From Convolutriloba macropyga (taxonomy: Eukaryota), in the NCBI RefSeq assembly GCF_964194025.1, contig NC_134477.1:55614001-55678000 (forward strand): a DNA stretch of 64,000 nucleotides, written 5' to 3'. Positions 1 to 10,717 of the stretch are shown here, piece after piece. The translations under genes and the position numbers were made by a program. The notes beneath the pieces were generated by a model that worked only from the letters and a program-made list of their open reading frames with translations, did no database searches and had not been told where the DNA came from. Each line of letters opens with the position of its first letter. Within the stretch, counting starts at the first letter, position 1.

Positions 1-283
1 TCTGTTGTTGTCTTTTGGCCGAGAGTGTAAAGAAAACAAGTTCTTTTTTATTTTCTCTTCTCAAACACATTTTCCTCTCCTCAGATAACTTTGCGTCCTC
101 AAAAACCGTTTTGTTTCCTGATTTCCATCGCCCCAACCCAATTCCCTCGATGCTCTTCTTTATATTTGTTGATTTAATTGGAGAAGTTAGAAATGGTTGA
201 CATTCACAGTCAATATTTTTGTAGTTAGGGATATCGCCTTTTTGACTACAACTTGTGTGCCAATGGCGCGAATTGTAATTTAA

Positions 284-284
<1 letters not shown>

Positions 285-347
<63 letters not shown>
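285..347. repeat. (TA)n microsatellite
   Basis: Uninterrupted TA run. Confidence 0.98.
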
Positions 348-349
<2 letters not shown>

Positions 350-751
350 ATTTGCGACCATGAGTGCGACTTGCAACTTTCAGAAATACGGAAAAATTTT
401 GACCGAAGAGCCAAGAACCTCAGGCTTAAGCAAATTTTATGCCTGGGAGCCTGCTGTTACACGGGTCGAGGGTGAGCAGTTATATGCAGATTTTTTTGTA
501 ACAATTCCGCTGAATATGCGGAAGTTCTGTAAAAGTTGTGCTGATTACCTTGAAAAATGAAAAATAGGTTCAGCATCTTTGGATTCCCACGACCTTACCT
601 TTTTCACATATTTATGGGACTTGTGAAGATTTAAAATTCAGTGGTTTCAATTTCTTTCATACAGATTTTCAACATCTCTGAAAATTTCCAACTTCAGTGG
701 ATTCAGCGCCTTTCCTGCATAATTTTACGTTCAACTTTTTGCTCACAGTTG

Positions 752-820
752 CTTATATTGTAGTCTGCTTGAACTGTTTGCCATCTTATATTGTAGTCTG
801 CATGAACTGTTTGCCATCTT
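752..820. repeat. 33-bp tandem duplication
   Basis: cttatattgtagtctgc(t/a)tgaactgtttgccat occurs twice. Confidence 0.9.
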
Positions 821-1379
821 TTGCATTTCTTTAGAGCCATTATTTAATCAAAAATCTGCGTTGTTTTTAGTCATAATTCTTGTTTTTGAAGGCGAGATCA
901 ACTGAAAAACGATATACTTTCATCTTTTCTATTGGAAGGATGAGAATTATACTTAATCTACCTCGTTTTGTTTAGTCACGTGTTTTGGCTATATACTCCA
1001 ACTGATTGAGTTATATGCCGATTACAACTTGCACGGGTGATGCTTCCGTATGTACATTAGCAGTAAAAAATTCAAAATTGTTTTCCAAATTATTTTAGGA
1101 AAGTGTTGAAAATGAGTAAGGTGAGTAATGAAATAGTTCAATATATGTGCTGAAATTACTGAAAGTAATGTACAAAAATGTGCTCAGAGCTACTGAAAGA
1201 AAAACTTTGTCAGCGGATAAATCATACATAAATAACCGCTCAACAAAACCCTCGACAGGCGTACTTGGTAGGATATTTGAAATATGGGACATGACATTTC
1301 TGCTTACCTAAATGAAAATTCTACTGATGATCTTTATTTAGGTAATTAAAAAAGATAAACTTCAAGTAATTGGACTAAA

Positions 1380-1695
1380 ACAGTGTAATTATATTGTAAG
1401 AGTGGAAAAACTCTCAAAAATTGTACTGCATTTCAAAGAGTTTTATTTTTCTCTAAAACATAAGTGCATTTCTAAGAGTGTAATTTCTTTAAAGTTACAG
1501 TGTATCTCTAAGAATGTAGTTTCTTTAAAATGACACTCTTGCACACATCCATTTGCTAAAAATTTGACCAAAGAGTGTGATTTTTTCAAGTGTAAGAAGA
1601 GTGGAGTAAAGAGGGTAAAATTACACTCTTTTGTGTAAATTTCTTCAAAATTACACTCGTACACTCTTTTCCCCGCTATTTAAGAGTGGAAAATG
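1380..1695. repeat. Decayed MITE-like or low-complexity repeat
   Basis: Recurrent aagagtg(t) and its inverse (t)acactctt. taagagtggaaaa occurs at 1397 and 1681. Confidence 0.35.
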
Positions 1696-2471
1696 CTTTT
1701 TACTTTATTCCCAATTAATAGCGGTGGAATACGTGTGGACGCTTTGCCCGGCTATTAGTTTGTGTTAATCTCTGGCTCGCCTGGCATCGCGTTTTGCTGA
1801 TATGCTGCTTTTGAAAAAAAGGGATCAGTTGACGATTGATGACATATTGGATACAATTTCACACCCAATTCTAGCTCTCTACGCTCAGGCGTAGATCTTA
1901 CATAAATTCAACGCGTTCAACGCCAATCTTACATAATTTTGCGTTTTTTAGCGTTGACACCCCGGCCCGGGTGGCGAAAAACTAAATCTTCATCAACTGC
2001 ATTTGAACAAAAATCTTCTTGAAGTACTTTTAAGCTTTACCAACGGGTACGTGAGCTATAACAAACTTGAGAGGCGGAATCAGACACTATTCAACGCATC
2101 TTCAAAAACATGAGAACAATGATAGAGCAATTCAGGCTACTGCTATTAGCGTTGAATGCGTTGAATTTAAGTAAGATCTACGCTCAGGCGTAGATCTTAC
2201 ATAAATTCAACGCATTCAACGCCAATCTTACATATTTTTGCGTTGAATTTTGGCGTAGATCTTACATATTTAGCGTTGAATTTTAGCGTTGATCTTACAT
2301 AAATTCAACGCATTCAACGCTAATCTTACATAATTTTGCGTTGAATTTTGGCGTAGATCTTACATATTTAGCGTTGAATTTTAGCGTCGATCTTACATAT
2401 TTAGCAGTGAATTTAGCGTTGATCTTACATAAATTCAACGCATTCAACGCTAATCTTTCCATTTTATTTCA

Positions 2472-3260
2472 GACCACTTCACGATTTCAAATTTTTTTTT
2501 TCAAACAGTCAATTTTTTCACTGTTGAGAACCCCTATACTTCACAGGTGAGAAACATGAGGTCAGAAAAAATCAATTTTTAGTGCTCTTTTCTAGTGCAA
2601 AATCCAATTAAGACCATTTTACGATTTCAAATTTCTCAAGTTTTTCCAAATAATTTTTTTTTACTGTTTCGACCCCCTATACTGCACAGGTGAGAAAAGT
2701 GAAGTCAGCAAAAAATCACTTTTTAGTGCTCTTTTTTAGTGGAAAATCCATTTCAGACCATTTTACGATTTCAGAAATTTTTCAAGTTTTTTTTCAAAAA
2801 ATCATTTTTTTCACTCTTTCGAACCCTATATTGCAAAGGTGATAAACTTGAGGTCAGATAAAAATCATTTTTAGTGCTCTTTTATAGTGCAAAATCCAAT
2901 TAGGACCATTTTACGATTTCAAATTTCTCAAGTTTTTCCAAATAATTTTTTTTTACTGTTTCGACCCCCTATACTGCACAGGTGAGAAAAGTGAAGTCAG
3001 CAAAAAATCACTTTTTAGTGCTCTTTTTTAGTGGAAAATCCATTTCAGACCATTTTACGATTTCAGAAATTTTTCAAGTTTTTTTCAAAAAATCAATTTT
3101 TTTCACTGTTTCGAACCCTATATTGCAAAGGTGAGAAACATGAGGTCAGAAAAAAATTGTTTTTAGTGCTCTTTTACGGTGCAAAAACCATTTCAGACCA
3201 TGTTAGGAATTCAAATTTTTTTCAAAACTTTTTAAAAAATTTAAATTTTTCCCACTGCGC
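2472..3260 (+). repeat. Tandem array of ~146-bp units (about 5 copies, 144/148 dimer)
   Basis: gacca(t)tttacgatttca anchors at ~2472, 2612, 2756, 2904, 3048 and 3196. Confidence 0.9.
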
Positions 3261-3367
3261 CTCACATGGTAAATGCGTTGAATATGCTAACTTATATACT
3301 ACGCAAAAACAACGCAAAATATGTAAGATCTACGCTTTATAAGAATTGCGGCTCTTAAGGAAACCAA

Positions 3368-3439
3368 GGTACTGTGGCACAATGGTAGAAGAGGCAACAA
3401 GCAAACAGGAGGTCAGAAGTTCGAGTCCCATACGCAACT
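3368..3439 (+). pseudogene. tRNA-derived sequence (Pol III A and B boxes; SINE head or pseudo-tRNA)
   Basis: A box TGGCACAATGG (3375) and B box GTTCGAGTC (3419) at canonical 72-nt tRNA spacing, with an AGGTC variable loop. The stems do not pair. Confidence 0.7.
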
Positions 3440-3666
3440 GGAGGTTAATAGTTCAAGTGGACGCTTTGATTTTTTGTAAGATCAACGCTAAATTCAACGC
3501 AAAATTATGTAAGATCTACGCTAAATTCAACGCTAAATATGTAAGATCTACGCTAAATTCAACGCTAATTATATAAGATCAGCGCTAAATTCAACGCAAA
3601 AATATGTAAGATCTACGCTAAATTCAACGCTAATTATGTAGGATCTACGCTAAATTCAACGCTAAA

Positions 3667-3850
3667 TATGTAAGATCAGCGGCAACTAGCGTTGACAAGT
3701 CGGAAAATTCACCGCAACTTTCTTAAACAATTTTGCGTTGAATGCGTTGAATTTTTGTCTTCAAATTCAACGCAATCAACGCAAAATTATGTAAGAAATT
3801 TGCGGTGAATTTTCCGACTTGTCAACGCTAGTTGCCGCTGATCTTACATA
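3667..3850. repeat. Near-perfect ~184-bp palindrome
   Basis: tatgtaagatcagcggcaactagcgttgacaagtcggaaaattcaccgca ... tgcggtgaattttccgacttgtcaacgctagttgccgctgatcttacata. Confidence 0.95.
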
Positions 3851-3959
3851 ATTTTGGCCAAATTCCTCGGCCCGGGCACTCGTACTTTCAGAACTTGAAA
3901 ATTTAGGAAGGAGTTTCATCCTATTCACAATTCCATATGTGCTCCTTGAATAATTCCTT

Positions 3960-6260
3960 GTGAACGAACTCTGGCTATTACTTGAAAAATTATATCGTAT
4001 TGACGATGTCCACGGCCTCAGTGCTGTCCTTCAGATTTGTTACTTAATCTAACCTAATTAATAACTGCTTGATCGCTATTTTAACTAGTCACGAAGTAGT
4101 ATCCAATTAATTGAAGCTTGAACAAAGTACCCTTTTTGATATTAATAGGATATGATGTCAGGTTACTAGATCTGTAGGATCGTATACTGTTCCGCTGGAG
4201 AAGAGCCGAAAATAATAAGCAATTTCATAGAATTAAAGAATTCTAGATTCCAGTTCCTGTTGTACAACTGGTTAATGTTTTCTATGGGTTCCGAGCCACA
4301 AAAATTATAGTTTGTACATACAAAGTACATGTATTTAGAGTTACAAGAAAGGGATCTAGAAATAGAAAATGGCTGCAAAATTGCTAAGATATTTTAACGA
4401 AAATTATATTTGCCCCAATAGTCTAATTTCAACAAGCTTTCTAACTTTTAGCACGGTGACAGAGGTCTGTTAACTCACTCGTTGATTCAAATATACTCTG
4501 CAAATTGGACAAAAAACAATATGATTTATTTTAGACCGGTTTTCATACAAAAATTGGCAAATATCGAGCCGTATATATGTTGCTTATCTGTGTTTGGTTA
4601 TGACAACTAAGTGCAATTTTTAACAAAGATATAAAATCTTTGAATGAAAACTGCTTTTTAGGGATAAATTTTTTTGGAGGTTTTTCATAACTTCGATGAA
4701 ATTGGTCCCCAATTTGGGGTCATATTCCTTTATTACTTGTCTGAGAATCTTGTGGTAGATCTATAATTGATTCTTTTCAGCTTTTATATATACTTAATGA
4801 AGCGTTCTCATCAGTTTAAGTTACTTCAACCATGTTAACTTTGTACCGCTTTAAGGTTAGAATACGCATTTGAGTGGGGAATAATTCAGTGTGAGTATTT
4901 GTTTGGTTCATTTCAACGCAAAATTTCAAACTACCGTTCCTACATCACAACCATTCGGACTAGCCATTCTCCGGAATAATAAAATTGACTGCAAACAAAT
5001 TGAGTATCATTGTAGAAAACGCACTATTGCCTGTCGTTCGGTACCAAAAATCTAGTCAACATGGGTTTATTCAGCTTGCAATGTTTCTACTAGGTTAAAA
5101 CGGTCAAGTTTCGTTTTCAGGATCTGTGTATTGGTTATTTGACGGGCCTTTCACAAATGTTTTTTTCTGTTAATCACGTAAAATTTCTTTGTTAGCCTTG
5201 GGACGGGATCTTCAGAGTAATCAGAAACTCGTCAATGACATACACATATCTTGACTGTGGTAAGTTGCAATCAAGGATTGCTTCTCCAGGGTAATGGATA
5301 GCTATTTGCCGCTGAGGAGAAGCTTCGAGATTTTTCTTGTAATTGCAAGTGAGTTTTCAATATTGCAAGTTATTTCCAGTATCTAGAAAAACCATAGATG
5401 AAGCAAACTGTGTTCTTTGTTCTGTCATATACGGAAATTATAGCTCATTTTATACTGCAATCAGTGCCTAGGTGATGTTATTGATTACACTCTGGTCTCA
5501 GCAAATATAGAAACGTCAGTCCTCCGTTGGTCACGCGCAGGAGATTGTTTCAATTTCTCTATTGTTTGTTGAAGTTTGTCCAAGTTAGATCGCAGTCTTC
5601 GACAATTGTGTTCTGTGTAATTTAACACTCGTTTTCTGTCTTGGTGAAGCTTAAAGCTGCTGCTGGCTAGAACATGGGTTAATTTGTTTTCTTCAGCGTT
5701 AATGCTCCCGGTTTATGATTTCAGATTTTGCAATATCCTTTTCATTTTTTTGCTTATGTTTGTGGCAGAGAGCAAATGAAGCATGGAGAAAAATTTGCAG
5801 CCAGCTTTTTTTGAACATCGTAGCTTACTGCAGTGGCGGCTCCCATCGCAAAAAAGAGGTGAGATCTTCAGTGACGTTGTGTTCATCTGTCTGGTTAGTG
5901 AAGATCTTCACTTCGTCAATTATGCGTTTTCTTCTCATGTCTTCTCTGCAATAATTCGTTTTGATGGAGAACATTGAATGATCAAAACGAGGCTGTAGTG
6001 ATAGGCTCAGTTCCTTACTGTTGCAGGTGTTTGAGCTGACCCAGGTCCTCTTCTCCACTGTCCCTACTTCCTGAAGGGCTGTGTGAACTTAAAGTTTTTG
6101 TGAAGCTCCAAGTTTAGCACTCTCGGAAGAAGTACCACAAAGTCAAGAGTTTAGTAGGAGTCTGCCAGAGAAAATGATTTCTGTGGTTGAAACAGAACAG
6201 GAGCGCTAGATCCTCCTATTTGAATTGTATTAAGTCGTACCGCAATGGCAAAAAAGAAAT
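3960..6260 (-). pseudogene. env: Decayed env-like (fusion glycoprotein) ORF of a Gypsy-type element
   Basis: Lies downstream of a pol remnant. Frameshifted pieces read VLFQPQKSF..TLDFVVLLP, furin-like RRKR (5924-5935), hydrophobic LFFAMGAATAVSY, heptad LRSNLDKLQQTIEKLK and LHLVVI..IYTARYLPIF. Confidence 0.5.
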
Positions 6261-6889
6261 CCAAAATTTTGACAACATCTCATGAAATAATACTGCTCTA
6301 GTTGCTTAGAGAGGATCAGGGAAAATATTAAGATTTTTTTAGGACTTTTGGGGGAAAATGACAAAAAAACTGATATATAATTCAATTGTTCCTCATTTTA
6401 AAATAAAAACAGTAATTGCTCCCTGACACTTTATCAATTTTTGTTAAAAAAATTAACTCCATTTTTTTTAAAATTCTTTATTCGTCGTCAACTCCCGGAG
6501 TGGGCATCGTCGTCTGTTTTTGAGATCAGGAGTTCTGCTAAAATTTTGGGTGTGCACATTTCACTCTTCGCTCTTGCAGGTGTGGATATTTGTTGTCTGG
6601 ATTTCCCTGGATAAATTTTGAGTCCTATCGGGTGAGCCTTGCTCTTGAGTACATTGTTCAACTGGTATTATTTACTTCTTTGGAGTTTTTAGGCATGGGT
6701 TTCTCCTTTGGGCCAGCCGAAGTGAGTTCAAATCTTCCTGGAAATAAAAACTCGTTGGTTTGTTTAAGAACTCATTTTAACTAGGTCAATTCATCCCACG
6801 GCGTCCTCTAAAAAAAGTTTTTGGCGGGTATATGCCAACCATGTTTAGTCTCTCAGTTTCAATTAATTAGGATGTAATGCTGCACTGTC

Positions 6890-7550
6890 CTAACTAGCCG
6901 TAAGCATTTCCATTCCAGTCCATTAATCTTATTAATACTTGAAAATTGAACTCCTACGTTCTTTGGAACATGCTGAAAATTATGCCGTCATTGTATTGTT
7001 TGAATAACTACTGCAGCGACGCATGATCTGTTATGAGTACAGACTGATTTCTTCAAACGTAAAGTCTGACCCATATTATAGCCTAGATGAATGCTAGTTC
7101 TCTTCTTTTGGTTGTTGAGTAACAAGATTCTGTTGGCATCAAAATTCCGCTTGCGAAGGCTACTAGATTTTCCACTTCATCGAAAATATTTGAGAGTGCT
7201 GCTCCAAGATTGATGTCACTTGAATCATTTTACAGGATGAAAAAAGAGTTAACCCGGCACTTACAAACCGAGCTATCATTCAAAGCGGCTTTCAGGTTTT
7301 TTTTTCAAACACATTATGTGATTCAGGCCTCCAAGCAAACCGGTTGTTCTCCTTTGTTGTTTAGTGAAGCGTCTGTGGAATAAAAATCTTTGACAAAACG
7401 TCTGTAGTAACTGCAAATTTCAATAAAAGACTTCACTTCGCTAATGTTTTTTGGTCATTTTCAGCCGCATACTAAAACGAAGCTGTCTTCGTCTCCTTCA
7501 ATTGTTTCTGGGCTCATTTTCTATCCTGGGTATGTTACGAAGTGCAGATT
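6890..7550 (-). pseudogene. pol: Ty3/Gypsy pol remnant (RT thumb and RNase H)
   Basis: Minus-strand translation gives VKSFIEICSYYRRFVKDF and FIL*NDSSDINLGAALS..LVAFASGILMPTESCYSTTKRRELAF..LITDHASLQ*L. Confidence 0.85.
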
Positions 7551-7699
7551 AGATTGCATCCATCCCTCTTGGTAACAAGAGAGGTGGATGCACTGTAAGT
7601 GCTGTTTCATGGTCGGATAATCTTCTGTTGCAGAATGTTATTAGTCTCCTTCTTAACTAATGTAATTTTCCCAGGTGCAAATCTATGAGGAGCAATTTT

Positions 7700-7930
7700 G
7701 ATGAATACGTGTTTCAAATATGGCTGCAGCAAAAGTGGCTGCACAAATTTGTTGTCGTTCAGTGCAAAGCTGTTCACTGTTTAAAACTTTGAAAAATTTG
7801 GGTAGGACTTCCCGTTTGTTATGGTCATTCCAATTGACATGGACTCAAAATGTCGAACGCATCTTTCGAAACTCTCAATTTGCAGCTGATTGTTCGCCTG
7901 ATTTTGTCGCTGTTTTTTGTTGTTCGGTCC
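7700..7930 (-). pseudogene. gag: Gypsy gag N-terminal remnant
   Basis: Frameshifted FERCVRHFESM/NWNDHNKREVLP upstream of the pol remnant. A candidate PBS TGGCAACCACAGAG lies at 8101-8114 (minus). Confidence 0.4.
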
Positions 7931-8449
7931 GAAATTGACTTTTGATAATCGCAGTAATTTTTACAGTAAAAGCAGAAAACAAATAGATTAAATTTTACAT
8001 TTGAGATTAATTCAAAGATCTAATTCATCAGTTAAAAACTAAATTACAACTAATTCGAATTTCAAAAAATCAAAAACAGCCTCCTTATCATTATAAATTC
8101 CTCTGTGGTTGCCAAAATAAACTTTTATTTTTTACGAAGAAATTTCGCAATTCCTCAAGTGTTCCTAAAAAATTTTCTTAATAAGAGTTGTTTCTGGGGG
8201 AGGGTTGTAAATTCACAAACTTACTGCGCTTTATTAGACCAAAAATTTATACAAATCTTTTCTTTCAATATCTAAATAAAATCTAATTAAAATTTAATGC
8301 GGTCTGTAGAAGTTTACGCAATTGCCAATAAGTAGTAAAAATGTAACATGCAACATGTATTTATATGCCTCTCTATTTAATGCCATATTTGAATAGAAAT
8401 TTAATGGTAAAGAGATATAAATGGTTGTTGCTAAGATTCAACTAACTAA

Positions 8450-10130
8450 GTAATCGATCAAACATAATACTTAAAAAAAGAAAATTGATAGCGTGAAGAG
8501 TTCGTTGATGTTCAATTCACAACAAAATCAGACGAGTGACAACCAGATTGAATAGAACGTTACGAAATTGCTCATCAGGTACTTTAGGTTACTGCAGACC
8601 ATTTTAATAGCCTACCTGGTTCAGCATTCCTCTTTGTATGGATTTATTGAAACAGCCAGTCTTCTACGAGGAGGTAAACATGACCTCAGAGTGTCTTCAC
8701 TATTCGGTCTCCTGGATGAAGCGTTGCAGACAAAAACTTTCAAAACTCAATCGAATTGTTGTTGTATTCTACGGCCTCAGTGCTGTCCTCCATTTTTGTT
8801 ACTTAACCTATCCGGAATATTAATTCATTGATCACTGTTTTAAATAGTCACTAAATTATCTAATTAGTTGAAGCTAGAGCAAAGTATTATTTTAGATCTT
8901 TAATGACATGAATTGAAGTTACACTAAATCTGTACAATCGTTCACTGTTCCTATTCAGAAAAAAAAAAATTATTTAGGATTTACGCAGTATTATTGATTA
9001 ATAGGCCCCGGTTCCTGTCGTAAAACTAGTGTATGTTTTCTTTGGATTGCTGTTGTACAACTGGTTGATTTTTTCTTATGACTTACAAAACGTAGTGTTT
9101 ACCTACAAGGCACTTGTTTTTTTTTTCAAATAAGTAACAAGAAAAAAGACTAGAAAAAAAATTGGAATTAAATGCTAAAAAATATTTGAATACAGATCCA
9201 ATAATTTCAATAAAAACTACTTTTTTTGCACAGCTAAAGCGATCTGTTAAATCACCCAATCATCGACTCAAATAATTTCCGCGCAATCGACTAAAACAAC
9301 AATACATTTGTTTGCAAACAGATTTGTCAAAATTGACAAACAGGGCTCTATGTAGACTGTTAATCTTTTTCTTGTTATGATAGTTTAGTCCAACTTTCAC
9401 CTAAAATAACTAGTCTTTGTGTGAAAACTGCCTTATGAGAAAAAACTGCTGGAAGGTTGCTCATAACTTAGTCGTTCGTACTTGATAACATCAGTCCCTA
9501 ATTTGGGTTTTTTTTCCTTTGTTACGTGTGAAAAAATTGTTTGTAGATCTATAGTTAAACCTTCATCAGAATTAATATTTACTTAATGAACCGTTGTCGT
9601 CAGTTTAAATTACTTTGCCTTCATAATCTTTGTACAGATTGAAATTTATAATGCATTTTAGTGTTAGGAATAAATCAAGATCAGTATTAATTTGGTTTTT
9701 TTCCAAAAAAAAACGCTTAAGTTCATAGTTGACTATTCGTGCCGCACCAACCATTTCTTTTATTATTTGTTTCCTTTTAACGAAATTATTGGAAGGAAAT
9801 TTACAGAACAATGCAGGATTTTTGGGAGGAATATGTGTTATGTAAACATCTTCGTCTTCAAGTAATTGTTTTTAGCAAACTGCTACTCGTCTGCTAAAAG
9901 TTTAGTTTGTCCTACATTCTTCTTGGGCAACAGCAGAGCTAAAACAATCTGAAAGGGTTAATTGTGTCAATATTAAATAGCAATGCATCAAGACTTTTTG
10001 CTAGCTTGATTGCAATTACTGCTGGTTAGTTTTGCTGCAAAATTGCGATTTACAACATTTTGTTGCTCTGTTCCTAAAATAACAGTTCAGATATAAAGCT
10101 TTTCCTGAAGTATGGCATGAAAGTTTGGCC
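8450..10130 (-). pseudogene. env: Second, diverged env-like remnant
   Basis: 8770-9670 aligns by eye (~70%) with 4011-4885, for example acggcctcagtgctgtcct and acttaatga..cgtt..c.tcagttta. Confidence 0.45.
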
Positions 10131-10407
10131 ATGACAGCTTTGAATTTTTTGTTCCAAAAATGGATTTCCTTGTATCAGAGGGATGCTATATTAAAATATT
10201 ATTATAATAAATATATATCTTTTCTTTCTTTAATTTTCTTAAGAATGAAAAAAGACTGTTTGCTCTTAAGCCGCGAATTACAATCCAATGAATGAGTATT
10301 GATCCGCTACAATGAGACATTTTTGCATCGTAAATAATTTTAAGGCAGGGCACTATAATTCTTCAAAGCCGCGTCATGAGAGTTTAATTTCTGTATAAGC
10401 TAATTTG

Positions 10408-10659
10408 TCATGATTTTCGTCTCCCTTTGCGCACTATGGCACTGCATGAACTCTCAGTGTCAGTCGGCCGTTTTGAACCAAGGAACTCTCTGAGGCATAT
10501 GATAGCGCTGCACAGGAGAGCAAAGCTTATTATCGTGCGCATGAATGTTTTTGGTTCTGAGTATGACTCGTCTTTCTTTTTTGCAATTGTGATAGCTAGT
10601 TGTTTTAAAATGCGCGTTGCGGACTTTCCTGTTTTCGACGTCAAGTATTGGTTGCTCAT
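10408..10659 (-). pseudogene. C-terminal restriction-like endonuclease (REL) fragment of a CRE/HERO-type non-LTR retrotransposon
   Basis: GKSATRILKQLAITIAKKKDESYS...FMRTIISFALLCSAIICLR resembles the typical L..LA..IA.K....YS....RT.LSFALLRSA..CLRG terminus. Confidence 0.75.
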
Positions 10660-10717
10660 ACTTGAAGAACTTCAACGACTCATGATTTTTGTAGGGCTCT
10701 TTATATTACAAATTTAT

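Larger units (their letters stand above)
1878..3880. mobile_element. Foldback/MITE-like non-autonomous element with inverted arrays of ~32-bp subrepeats
   Basis: The gatcttacatatttagcgttgaatttagcgt array (2190-2460) is the reverse complement of the gtaagatctacgctaaattcaacgctaaatat array (3476-3680). ggcccggg motifs lie near 1964 and 3869. No transposase seen. Confidence 0.7.

Noticed and set aside
2190-3680. Kinship between the foldback repeats and the Polinton subterminal repeats (atgt..aagat)
   Set aside because: The shared core is too short and AT-rich to be meaningful.
7554-7591. Small hairpin as a terminator or Helitron end
   Set aside because: No supporting CTRR end, T-tract or second copy.
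4011-9670. 4011-4885 and 8770-9670 as an LTR pair
   Set aside because: No TG..CA ends or PPT were found, and the repeat translates to env-like fragments. Not fully excluded.
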